Shown piece after piece: positions 36,187-46,441 of a stretch of DNA of 64,000 nt. Source of the stretch: Hyaloraphidium curvatum SAG 235-1 (taxonomy: Eukaryota; Fungi; Monoblepharomycota). Made by a program: the position numbers and the translations under genes. The DNA is taken from NCBI GenBank assembly GCA_025558095.1, contig JAIVFI010000025.1, positions 1-64,000 on the forward strand. The letters are read 5' to 3'. The notes beneath the pieces were generated by a model that was not told the DNA's origin, did not search any database, and saw nothing but the letters and a program-made list of their open reading frames with translations. Every line of letters starts with the position of its first letter. Within the stretch, counting starts at the first letter, position 1.

Positions 36187-36570
36187 GGCGGCGGAAGAGA
36201 CGAAGGTCGGGCCGACGCGTCGGTTTGTTTACGTCCCGGACCGCAGTGTCGGGCGGTGTCTCGGGACCATTCAGTCCCGCATGATGATCAACGGGAAGCT
36301 GCATCAGCCTGAAATCGTCTCCCGTGCTTTGCCCCGCACAAGCTTTTTGGTTGCTCCATCCGTATGGAAGAGACTGCATGGGCGCGGGATCCGGACGCCG
36401 GTTCCGTGCATGCCTGCCGCGCACCCGGACCCCCTCACGGACCCGCACGCGCCGCGCTCCCGTCCGACGAATAAGATGTTCCCACATACACGACGCAGCG
36501 TAGCATAGATACCATAGCAATAGTCCCGAAACCGACGCAACGGGTCGATGGATGCCCGGCCCAGCAGCGT

Positions 36571-38056
36571 TCAGTGCTTGTGTCCCCACCAGCCGTTGCC
36601 CCAGCACTTTCCGTACATGGCCTGGCAGTTCTCGGGAGCTGGGCGCGGGAAACCCATCGTCAGCTCCGGCACGCCCACCTTCGCGAGCAGGAGAACGTAC
36701 CGCAGTGGTCCCTCCTGTCCCCGCACCACCCGTACGTCGAGCAGCATTCCTGGCCCCACTGGCCGTCGCACTTGGCGCCGCCGAAGGCGGCGCCGCAGCG
36801 GCCGTTGGAGTTCGGCGGCGGCGGCGGGGGCGGCGGGGGAGGAGGGCTGGGCGGGTGGCCGCCGCAGGAGTTGCCGAAGGAGTACATGGATTGGCAGTTG
36901 TCGCACTGTCGCACGCGGAGGGGAACATGTCAGCCGATGAGGAAGCTGCGGGCGGGGAACACCGTAGGGGACACCCACGTACTGGCCTCCGCTGCCGCAG
37001 TACCCGAACTGCGAGCAGCACGGGCCCTCGGGGTAGCAGGTGGCGACGCCAGCGCCGCAGCGGCCGTCGGTGGACACGGGGAGCGGCGACGGCGGCGGGG
37101 GCGGGGGCGACGGGCCCGGCGGCGGGGGCGGGGGCGGGGGGGGCGAGGGGCCGGAGCCGCAGCCGGGGGAGTAGACGGTGGCGTACATCTTGAGGTCGTT
37201 GTTGGGGCCAAAGACCCACTGCGAGAGGGTGGAAAGCGTCAGCATCGTATCGCGGGGAGAAGGAAGCGCCCCCGGCTCGGCGACGCACCTTGTCGTAGAT
37301 GTTGCACGCGCTCACGTCCGCGATGTGCACGAACGCCGGGATCAGCGACGGGTTGTCCCCCCTGGGCGGCACCAGCAGGATCCAGTACTTGTTGGGCGGC
37401 ACGGGCACGGACAGATACGGCGTCGCGGTGCCGTATGCCAGGTCGGGGTCGCCGCCGGCCAGCCCGGACTCGGAGAGCACAGTGACGGCGACGGTGCCGA
37501 CGTTGGGGGCCAGGTGGTACGCGCGCAGCTTGGCCTGGCCGTTGGCGGTGGGCGAGAGGTCGTCGTTGAAGACGTCCAGCTTGCTGTAAGGGGGGTAACT
37601 GCGTCAGCGGACACGAAGACTTGACGGGATCGAGGATCGCCACTCACACATTGTTCTGGGCCAGAACGCCGGTGGCGGCGATGGTGTACGCCTGGCCTGC
37701 GCCGGCGTTGATGTTGGCCTGGGTGACGACGTTGTTGGGCTGGCCGGCGACGGTGACCTTGACCGAGACTTGACGCGGGGGAGCAAGAGGTCAGCCTGCG
37801 AGGCGATGGCCGGATCTACCCCGGGCGGCCACCCACCGGGCCCGGCGTTGACGTTCAGGTAGCCCGACACGGAGAAGTAGGCAAAGTTCTGGAGCACCAG
37901 CGCGTTGTTGACGTAGACGTCGACGGCCGGCGCGTCGTACACGGCGTGCACGGCGCGGGCCATCGCCGTCCCGCCGCCGTTGTTGGCTGCGGCGGGCGAT
38001 GCGAGGGCGAGGGCGAGGAGGGCCGCCGCGAGGGCGAGGAGGCCGGGGGCGCGCAT
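36571..38056 (-). CDS. Secreted DUF4397-like protein with two C-terminal chitin-binding (CBM18/hevein) domains
   Basis: Signal peptide; ARAVHAVYDAPAVDVYVN and spliced DDLSPTANGQAKLRAYHLAPN repeats; poly-Pro linkers; GRCG..C..CCSQFGYCG and GRCG..C..CCSTYGWCG; several introns. Confidence 0.85.
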
Positions 38057-38339
38057 GGCGGCGGCGGCGGTTCGCGGGGGACCGCGGGCGGCGGCGGGCG
38101 CAGGAGGCACCGGGGGGGCTCCGCCGGCCGCGGGGGTGCGATCGTCGATCGGGCGATGCCGGCGCCGCGGCGATGCGCTCCGGCGGCGGGGGGCGCGGCT
38201 TCGGTGGTCGCGGGGGATCGGTCTGGGGCTCAGGCGAGGGAGCGGCGCCCCGACGAAAACGGTCGAATGTCATCCCGGAAGAGGCGCTGCCGCTGCTCGC
38301 ACACTACACGCATACATGCTGCAATACACAGCTCGATTC

Positions 38340-38969
38340 CTACCTCGACTGGAGAACGCGGTCGACGAAGGCCAGCGCCCGGTCCGCAGCCCACGCCGTC
38401 CTGCCCCCCAGGAAGTGATCCGCCCCCGGCACCTCCTCCGCCTCGCAGGCCGCCCACCCGCCGACCAGCCCCCGCACCTTGGCGGCCGGCGCGAACTGGT
38501 CCCTCTCGGGGCTCAGCAGCAGCTTGGGCCTCGGGTCCGATGCCGCCTTGGGGGTCTTTTGGCCCGTCAGCGGCGGGGCGAGCGCGACCCAGCCGGCCAG
38601 CCCCGCAGAGTCCGAGTCCAGGGCGACCACGGAGCCGAAGCTGTAGCCGACGGCAAAGATCGGCACCCCCGGCACCTTTTCGGATAGCACCTTGATCGCC
38701 GCCTCGCAGTCGAGCACCTCGCCGACCCCGTTTCCGAATGAGCCGGTCGACTCGTTGACCCCGCGGAAATCGAACCGCAGCGCCGCGATGCCCGCCCTCG
38801 GAAACGCTTTGAAGACGGCATCGACTGCGGAATTGAACCTGTCGCCGCCGTACTGCGGATGTGGGTGGCACACGACGGCGGCGGCGCGGGCCGGGCCGGT
38901 GGGGAGGGAGAGGTCGCCCGCGAGGAGGCAGCCGTCCGGCGTCGGGATCGCCAGCTCCGTGACGGACAT
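38340..38969 (-). CDS. Bacterial-type alpha/beta hydrolase, intronless
   Basis: CHPHPQYGG, LRFDFRGV, GYSFG nucleophile elbow, DQF and ADHF triad residues. Confidence 0.92.
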   Translation of the reverse strand: MSVTELAIPTPDGCLLAGDLSLPTGPARAAAVVCHPHPQYGGDRFNSAVDAVFKAFPRAGIAALRFDFRGVNESTGSFGNGVGEVLDCEAAIKVLSEKVPGVPIFAVGYSFGSVVALDSDSAGLAGWVALAPPLTGQKTPKAASDPRPKLLLSPERDQFAPAAKVRGLVGGWAACEAEEVPGADHFLGGRTAWAADRALAFVDRVLQSR

Positions 38970-39052
38970 TATCCGTGCGTCGAATGCGCAGGCGGCTCGG
39001 AGGATTCCGGGGGGCAGCCGATGCCGATGGGAGACGCTCCGGGAGCGGGCCG

Positions 39053-39480
39053 ATGAGACGAGACGCGCTGCACGCAAGCGCGTTGAACCCCGCGGATGCC
39101 CATTCTTCGTCCGAGAGTTCGATCCGCCGAGCGCTCGATATGACCGTTAACCAGATTGGGGATATTTCGGTGCGGATTGGTACTGGTAGACTGCAATTGA
39201 CGCAGGAGGGCACGGAGGTCCTCGAAGGCGCGAAGACCTGGGCTAATGCCGTCTTGGATTGCGTCCTCGGTCAGCCCTTCGCCCGGCTGGCCGACAGGTC
39301 GCTGCGTCGCGCGAAAAGCACCCTCAATGTGGGACACCTTGGCGACGGCTGCGATCTGTGCTCGGGGAAGCGGACCGGCTGCTGCGGTGCTCGGCGTGCA
39401 CGGTCACGCGGTGCTGCGGTCGCAGGTGCCAGCGGGCGGCGTGGAAGGAGCACAAGGACGTGTGCAGGCAGTGGTCTTGA
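39053..39480 (+). pseudogene. MYND zinc-finger protein with a 1-nt frameshift at 39364-39367 (error or pseudogene)
   Basis: CDLC in one frame and EADRLLRCSACTVTRCCGRRCQRAAWKEHKDVC in the next; adding one G to GGGG joins them. Confidence 0.7.
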
Positions 39481-39778
39481 CGGCTCGGTCGAAGGAACAC
39501 AGGGACATCTATCTGGAGGCAGTGGTCGTGACGGCTTGGCCGAAGGGGGATGGAGGCCGCTAGTCGCTTGGTGAATGGTCGAATCGCTCCCGTAGGACAG
39601 CCAGCGAACGTTTGATCCTCCTATCCTCCATCCATGGATTTGGAATCGCCCGTATGGCAGCGCAGGGACGTGAGATGCCGCAACGCAACGGCAGCGGGGC
39701 TATGCTGACCGTCACGCACCCACGAACACGCCGTCCAGAGCAGGGGACGGCGTCTGCAGCCGCCGACCATCCCCCAAA

Positions 39779-40990
39779 ATGCGGCCTAATGTGCTGTTCG
39801 TGCTCTACGCCTCGCTGCTCGCGGGATTCGCGGCGGCGCCGGCGTCCGCCGAGGTGCCCGGGCTTGTCCCCCGGGACCCGGTCGATCGGCCCATCGCGGC
39901 CGGATCGCAGCCCGGGGAGCACCGTGCGCAGGCCGCGCGCGCCCTCGAGCCCCGCCAGCGCCGCACGACCACCCGCCGCCCCGCCGTGCCGACGCTCGCG
40001 GCCGTCGACCGCGTGGTGAACCCGCAGGTCGGCACCGCGGCTCCCGGCATCGCCGTGCTGGTCACGCGGCGCGGCGTGCCGATCCATGTCAAGGGCTACG
40101 GGTTCGCCGACCTCGCCAGCAGGAGAAGGATCACGCCCGACACGGCGTTCGACCTGGCCTCGGTGTCGAAGCAGTTCACCGGGCTCGCCGCCAAGCTGCT
40201 GCAGTCGCGCCGCCGCCTGTCCCTCGACACCCGCCTGGCCGCGCTGATCCCCGTGCTGGCCCGCTCGCCCGCCGACGGCGCCCGCCCCGTGCGCGTGGGC
40301 GACGTGCTCCGCCACCTGTCCGGCTTTGCAGACTACGAAGACGACCCCGACTTTGCCCCGTCGACCACCAACGCCCAGGTGATGGCCTGGCTGGCCCGAC
40401 AGCCGCTGGCCCGCCGTCCGGGCACCGCCTTCGAGTACTCCAACACGGGCTACCTCGCACTCGCCTCGGCCGTGGGCGCCGCCGCCGGCATGCCGTTCGC
40501 ATCCTACCTCCGCACGAGGGTGTTCGACCCGCTGGGCATGCGCGCGACGGACGTGTTCCGGCCGGCGCGGGGCACCCCGCTCGCGCTGGGCTACGCCGGG
40601 CGCTCGCCTCCCTTCACGCGCGCCGCGGAGCCCACGGCGGTGCTCGGCGACGGCAACGTCTTCAGCACCATCAACGACCTGGCCAAGTACGAGCGCTCCT
40701 TCTTCACCGGCGCGCTGCTGAACGCTTCCGCGCGCGCCGACCTCTTCTCCAACGGGAGGCTCGACTCGGGCCGCCCCGTTGTGGACGACGAGGACGGTTC
40801 GGGGTACGGATTCGGGTGGTCGCTGTGGGAGCAGGGCGGCTCGCGGTATGTCGGCCATTCGGGGGCCTGGACGGGGTACTCGACCATGTACCTGCGCAAC
40901 CTGCGGACGGGGGTGAGCGTGGTGGTGCTGTCCAACGGGGAGGAGCTGGAGGTGCAGACGCTGGCGGAGCAGATCGAGGCGGTCGTCTGA
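39779..40990 (+). CDS. Secreted serine beta-lactamase/penicillin-binding-protein family hydrolase, intronless
   Basis: Signal peptide; SVSK (SxxK), YSN and HSG motifs. Confidence 0.93.
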   Translation: MRPNVLFVLYASLLAGFAAAPASAEVPGLVPRDPVDRPIAAGSQPGEHRAQAARALEPRQRRTTTRRPAVPTLAAVDRVVNPQVGTAAPGIAVLVTRRGVPIHVKGYGFADLASRRRITPDTAFDLASVSKQFTGLAAKLLQSRRRLSLDTRLAALIPVLARSPADGARPVRVGDVLRHLSGFADYEDDPDFAPSTTNAQVMAWLARQPLARRPGTAFEYSNTGYLALASAVGAAAGMPFASYLRTRVFDPLGMRATDVFRPARGTPLALGYAGRSPPFTRAAEPTAVLGDGNVFSTINDLAKYERSFFTGALLNASARADLFSNGRLDSGRPVVDDEDGSGYGFGWSLWEQGGSRYVGHSGAWTGYSTMYLRNLRTGVSVVVLSNGEELEVQTLAEQIEAVV

Positions 40991-41134
40991 GCGAGCAGGC
41001 GAACTAGTGTGTGATCGTGGAAAGTGTTGTGTTGCAGCAGAGTGCACGTGTGCAGGTGGGCCGCGCTGGCTCCCCGTTCAATGCGAGCGGCTATGTACAG
41101 ATGTCTCCTGCCCATCTCCCGGCGTCCGGTCCCG

Positions 41135-41938
41135 TCACCGCAATGTCTGCGGGAGATGCCAGGCGGACCCGCCCCCCAGATCGGCTCCCTCCGAGTGCAG
41201 CGGCGACCCCACATCCCCCATCCAGGCCGCCCCTCCCTCCCCCGGGAACGGGAAATCGCCTCCCGCCCAGGTCGGCTCCCACACGTCCTCCTCCCCGTCC
41301 CCGGCGTCGCTCCCCGTGAGCACGAACCCGTGCCCGCCGTCCTCGTCCCACGACTCCGGTATGCCCCACCCCCGCACGCTGGCGATCGCGGGGGCTTCGA
41401 GCCCGTCGCTCCAGTTGTCCTTCTTGCGGTCGGCGTACTCGTCGGCCGAGTAGGTCTCGTGCACCGTGTTGGACGGGGCGAAGCGCACGGATTTGCGGCT
41501 CGAGGCCGAGGGGGTGCGGTCCCGGCCGGACACCGAGGTGCGCAGGCACGAGGCCGAGGGCGCACGCTGCGATGCCAGTCGGGGTTTCGGAAGTCCGTGG
41601 CGGCTCAGGTGGCAGGCAAAGCAGTAGCCCTCCTCGTGGGGGGCGTGCGGGCACCCGAAACCGCCGTCGGAGCCGTCGCCGAGGTCCGTCGAGCCATCCC
41701 CGCAGTCCTCATGAAAGCTCAATATCGGGGCGTCCGAGGGGGACGCCCAGCCGCCCCCGTTGGGTCCCGCCGGGGGTGCCGGGGGTGCATCGGAGGCCGG
41801 CCCGGGCGCCGGCCCGTCCTCGTACCGCGCCCACCACGGCGCGTCGGCCGCGGCGCCGCCCATTTCGTTCGTCGTCAGGCCGAGCTGGACCAGCTTCTCG
41901 TCTTGTTCGTTGCGTTCGCGGAGTTCAGGTTCCGTCAT
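41135..41938 (-). CDS. Disordered protein with CPH..CFACH motif and PP1-docking motif
   Basis: CPHAPHEEGYCFACH; KSVRFAPSNTVHETYSADEYADR. Confidence 0.75.
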   Translation of the reverse strand: MTEPELRERNEQDEKLVQLGLTTNEMGGAAADAPWWARYEDGPAPGPASDAPPAPPAGPNGGGWASPSDAPILSFHEDCGDGSTDLGDGSDGGFGCPHAPHEEGYCFACHLSRHGLPKPRLASQRAPSASCLRTSVSGRDRTPSASSRKSVRFAPSNTVHETYSADEYADRKKDNWSDGLEAPAIASVRGWGIPESWDEDGGHGFVLTGSDAGDGEEDVWEPTWAGGDFPFPGEGGAAWMGDVGSPLHSEGADLGGGSAWHLPQTLR

Positions 41939-42687
41939 GAGCCGGCCGGTCGGTCGGATTCGCAGACCCTCCCAGAAGGATCCCAAGGGCGCAGCAGAAG
42001 GGTCCGGCGCGCCACAACCTCACTGGCGCCGTGCCCCGAACTCCGGCGCCCGCGGCAGGCTCGCAACGCAAAGCAAGGTGTTTGGAGTGGTCGTCCCCGC
42101 CACCATCGGGACGGGCGGCTGCCGAGCGAGCGTCCCTTGGGGCCCCGAATCCGCGGATGAGTCAACGCGTCCCAAGTGGCCGATCCGGAAGAAACCGGCA
42201 CCGCCCCGACGACGGATGCGGAGCCGCAATAGCGCGGTGGGAAGCGGGATCGATGCGGCGAAGCCGGACCGGAAAGCCGTTCGGCTGTTTGTGTGCGAGG
42301 ATTCGGTGGGAAGGACGGCAGGCCGGGTGAGCGGGCGGCTTGCGGCCGCGGCGATGGGACGTAGCGGGCCGCATCCGCCGCGCCGCCGCCGCCGGCAGCC
42401 GCTCGGCTTGGCCGGACCGGGAAAACGGAGCGTTGCGGAGCTCGCGGGGTCGAGGGCACTGCTCGGCCTCGTCGCATTGGACACGCCGGGCCTGCGGTGG
42501 ACCGGGTCTGCGAGGCGGTTCGTCCGGTTCGGCACAACGTACCGTTGCGCTGGCCCGAACATTCAGGTCGGAATGCAACTTTGGACCCGGTATCATTTCC
42601 AATGGCCGGATGTGCTTAGGATCATGTTTGAGCAGCAACACGAAGCTGTTCGATGGCCCGCTCTTCTTCCCTCCCCCAACGCTTCGC

Positions 42688-44042
42688 TCACGACCTCTCC
42701 CTCCTCAACCTCCTCGAAAGCTGGATGTCGCAAGGCCGCACCACATCCCTGCATGCGTGTATCCCCGCGAGGTTGGTGTCCTCGAAAAGCCCCACGAGGT
42801 ACGCCTCGGTCGCCTCATGCAGCGCCTCGATCGCCCCGGGCGTCCACACCAGGTCGTGCGCGAAATCCGCACCAATCTCGTGGATCAGAGCCGCAAACCT
42901 CTCCGGGACGAAGCACGGCCCCGCGCGCTGCTGCTCCCGCCTGATCTCCGCGATCGCGCGGAGATCTCCCGGCGCGAGGGCGGCGAGGGCGACCGCGCCT
43001 CGCCCAGGGGACCCCGGAGCTGCCTGAGCGCGCGGAGGGGCACGGGCCCGCGGGCGAGCGCGTCGAGTGCGCGGAAGCCGAGGCCGGCGAGCTCCGAGAG
43101 CAAGTCCGAGGCGGGGTCCTCTGCGTCGGGGCCGTTCCCGGCGGAGGCCTGCTCGTAGAGGTCGGGGGCGTCCGTCTGCAGGGACATGGCGTAGTCGGCC
43201 TGTGCGCGGTATTCCTCCATCTCGTCCTCCAGGACGTCGATGTCCTCCTCGATCTCCTCCAGCAGACGCAGACCCGGCTCGCGGTTCTCATACGGCGTTG
43301 CGGCGCCGGGCATCAGCTCGTCCAGGTGCCGCAACGCGTCCTCGACCCTGCATGCCACCGCCCAGGCATCGTCCTCCCCGTCGATCTCAGCCTCGGCGGC
43401 GATGACTGCGTCCCAGGCCGCCTCGGCGCGCTCCGCATCCGTGGAGCCAAGGGCATCCCACGCGCCGGGGTCGGTGAACATGTCCTCGAATTCCTCCTGG
43501 GCGATGGCCGCTTCTTCGTCGGCCTCCTCGGGGTCGTCGAGAACAGAGCCGTTCGAGGCGGATTCGGTCCCCCCGTCGCTCCCGCTGAGCAAGCTCTCGG
43601 AATCCGAGCCCGATTCGTCGTCCCAATCCGAATCCGGCCCGTCTTCCGCCGAATCCGCCGCCCCGTCGTCGTCCCAGTACTCCACCGGGCACGTGTCCCA
43701 CCTCACGGAATCTCCGTCCACCGTCCTGCGCCAGGCGAACCCCTCGTCCCCCTTCACGTGCCTCGCCAACCCCCACAGCGCGTCCTTCCCAGCCACCGCG
43801 GCGATGGCCCGCAGCAGCTCATCCAGCTGCTCCGGATCCTTTGCTGCGCGTGCGACTGCGTCTGCGAGGGTCGCTTCGCGCTCCGGTGATTGGGACGGCG
43901 CGGGCCGTTTCCGGGGGCGCGTCGGGGTCGGCTCCGTCCGCGGCGAGGAGGGCGGCGCGGCCTCCGACGGTGCGGCGCAGGCTTCCGCGTGGACCGCGAC
44001 AGGGACGGGGCAGGCCCCGTGCGGGCCGCGCAATTCGGCCAT
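42688..44042 (-). CDS. Acidic-domain protein apparently fused to a divergent C-terminal histone H3 fold (1-nt frameshift at about 42995)
   Basis: The minus frame ending in TGA at 42688-42690 reads EIRREQQ...FAALIHEIGADFAHDLVWTPGAIEALHEATEAYLVGLFEDTNLAGIHACRDVVRPCDIQLSRRLRRERS. It has no start codon of its own and overlaps the end of the D/E-rich ORF starting at 44042. Confidence 0.85.
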
Positions 44043-44405
44043 TGCAGGAAGGGAGAAAGGAAGTAAGGACAAAGGACTCGATCAATGGCGATTCGTTAGA
44101 GACTTCGTCGAGCAAGAACTCCAGGACACGCGTTAACTATCCAGTTCACAGAGAAAGCCATAGAAATGGAGTATCGAGACGGCCAGCTGCCGTTCAGGCG
44201 CCGAGGCGGGTGCCTTCCTATTGGAAGTGGCAAAAGTCATCCAACCGCAGTGAGCTCTGATCTCGACGTCGGCAAGGTCTTCTACTTCAGTGATCAACGT
44301 TTGCTTCGTTGCAAGCCGTCCGGACTTGCATCGATGGTGGGCTGTTGGGGGACATTACCTCGCGCGTGGGGACCGCAATCGCATGCGCCGCCGCCTAGCA
44401 CAAAG

Positions 44406-45986
44406 ATGGAGCAAAGGGACGTGGAACCCCTCCCTTTTACCGCGCGGGACTTTCTGGCTCTGTTCCCCGCGGCGCCGCAGCCGCCCGAGACGCTCCTGCC
44501 GCGCGACTGTGCGCCGGACGCGTTCGACCCCGCCGCCGAGCTGCGCGGCCAGGATCCGCTGGGCGTGGACGCCTTCCTCCGCGAGCTGAGGTCGCGGAGC
44601 AGACTGCTATCGGCGCAGACGCGGCTCGCGCTCTGGTTGGCAGCGCTTCCGGAGTGGTTCGGGGGTGCCGTCGTCCAACAGTTCTCTTGGATCGCCCTCG
44701 CGCTCGCTCTACTGGTCCCGCTGTGGGTCTTCAATGCTTCCCTTGGTCTCTTCGATACCGTACCGCTGGCCATGGGGACCGCGGCCATCGTCGTCGCCTG
44801 TTCCATGTGGATCTTGTTCATCGTTGCGCGGACCGACTTCCGGGCGTGGATCGTTGCGGGCCGGTACTCGGCCGGCGTTTCCCTGGACAATCACGTCCAC
44901 GCCACCGTGGTACGGTGGTGCCAAGCCGCCCGCGGCGCCGCGGCATCCGCCGAGGCGTGCGAGACAGCCCGGGAGCTCGCCCGGGGCTGCGGTTCCGTCC
45001 TCGGCAAGCATGAAGAGGGAGACGCGTTCTGCAGCTGTGCGCGGGTGGGCTGCGCCGGCACCCTGGCGCGGAATGCGGCGCGGCTCCAGGCCTGCTATGC
45101 TGCCTCCCAAGTCATCAACCTTTGGTACATCTTGTCGCTCGTGTGGACTCCACTTTTCTCCGCGGCATACGTCCCGCTCACGTACACGACTTGGTGGAGC
45201 GGCACGCTTGCCGCGGCGTACATCGCCGTCGCTTCATTTCGGGCGTTTTACAACTCGTCGCGCATCCTTCTTCTGACCACTGCCCATCTTGACTTGGAGC
45301 AGAGGATCCAGCACCCGTCTTGTTCGGCTGTCCTTGTCCTCGATGATCATGAGGCACCGGGAGGCACTGCTTGAAGCGACCATAACCGTGCCTCCTTCGC
45401 TACTTAATGGTTCTGAGGCTTATGTCCGACTCCATGGGGCTCTGTCGCGGAGATGGAAAGATCGTGCTCAGCGCGCCACCAGCGCAACAATGATCATTGT
45501 CTGCTCCTTCGCGGCCCTCCAGGGGCTCGTCTTCAACGTCGCGGGGGACGCTTGCGTCCCCATGTGGGTGCTGGCCATGATAGCCTTCAACCTGCGCCTG
45601 ATCTTTGTCGACGCCGTGATCCTGGCGGCGTCCAACGCCAAGCCGATTCGATCGTTGACCTTTACCGCAACGCCGTTCGGGAGATTGTGGAGCTGGTCCA
45701 CTACGCGCGGACGGCTTCCGCCCCCGCGGGCGCGGCCGACACGGAGGAGGGACGGCTGGCGCGTGTCGACGCCCTGGCGTCGCTCTCGGAGAACGCGGAG
45801 ATCCTGCGCGCCTTTGTCGCCGGGGACCAGCACCGCGCCCGATTCTTTGGCCTGGTCGCGACGATGAGCCTCGTGCGGACGCTGGCGGTCACCCTGTTCA
45901 CGGTGCTGCTGGGGCTGTGGACGATCTTCCGCGGTGCGGGGATCCGGTTCGTCGTGGACGTGGCCTGCCCGGCCGTGGGGAGCTGA
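44406..45986 (+). CDS. Seven-transmembrane protein, candidate gustatory-receptor-like (7TMIC); two homopolymer frameshifts
   Basis: ORFs 44166-45374, 45289-45867 and 45453-45986 join with single-C indels at about 45315 and 45638; seven hydrophobic segments. Confidence 0.7.
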
Positions 45987-46048
45987 GAAGGGGCGCGGCA
46001 GGCAGGGAAACGGGCAGATGCAATCATGCAGATTCCACCACGACGTCC

Positions 46049-46441
46049 TCACGACCACTCCATGCAGATGTCCCTGTGCCGTTTCCACGCCGCACGCTGG
46101 CAATCGCGCCCGCAGTACCGCGTGACGCGGCACCCCGAACACCGCAGGAGCCCGTCCGACTCTGCGCGGCACTGGTCGCACGAGTCCGGAATCAACACGG
46201 CCCCAATCGTCCTCCGCGCGAACCGCAGCTCGTCCATCACCTCCGGTGGACCCTCGCCGTAGACCGCCGCCCACACGAACTTCGAGTGACGCCACGCCGG
46301 CTCCTGGCCAAGCTTGGAGGGGTCGAGCGTCGGACCTTTGCGGAGGGGCTCCAGGAGCTTCTGCAAGGCAAAGTCCGCGGCGCTGAGGTGGCACTCAACC
46401 GCGGCCCCGCAGCCGACCTCGTCAAACGAGTCCCACGACAT
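46049..46441 (-). CDS. MYND zinc-finger protein
   Basis: CDQC...LLRCSGCRVTRYCGRDCQRAAWKRHRDIC. Confidence 0.85.
   Translation of the reverse strand: MSWDSFDEVGCGAAVECHLSAADFALQKLLEPLRKGPTLDPSKLGQEPAWRHSKFVWAAVYGEGPPEVMDELRFARRTIGAVLIPDSCDQCRAESDGLLRCSGCRVTRYCGRDCQRAAWKRHRDICMEWS

Noticed and set aside
38340-40990. Bacterial contamination or operon
   Set aside because: A eukaryotic MYND gene lies between the two hydrolases and composition is continuous with the intron-bearing flanks.
41135-41938. CxxCH as a heme c attachment site (also 53048-53797, 25526-25927)
   Set aside because: No targeting signal or cytochrome fold; the upstream C-x-H suggests a zinc-type site.
42688-42975. Calling the H3 fold CenH3/CENP-A
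   Set aside because: It has F84W and Q68A like CenH3, but loop 1 is not extended, DNA-binding arginines are lost and the N-terminus is acidic. Not fully excluded without a phylogeny.
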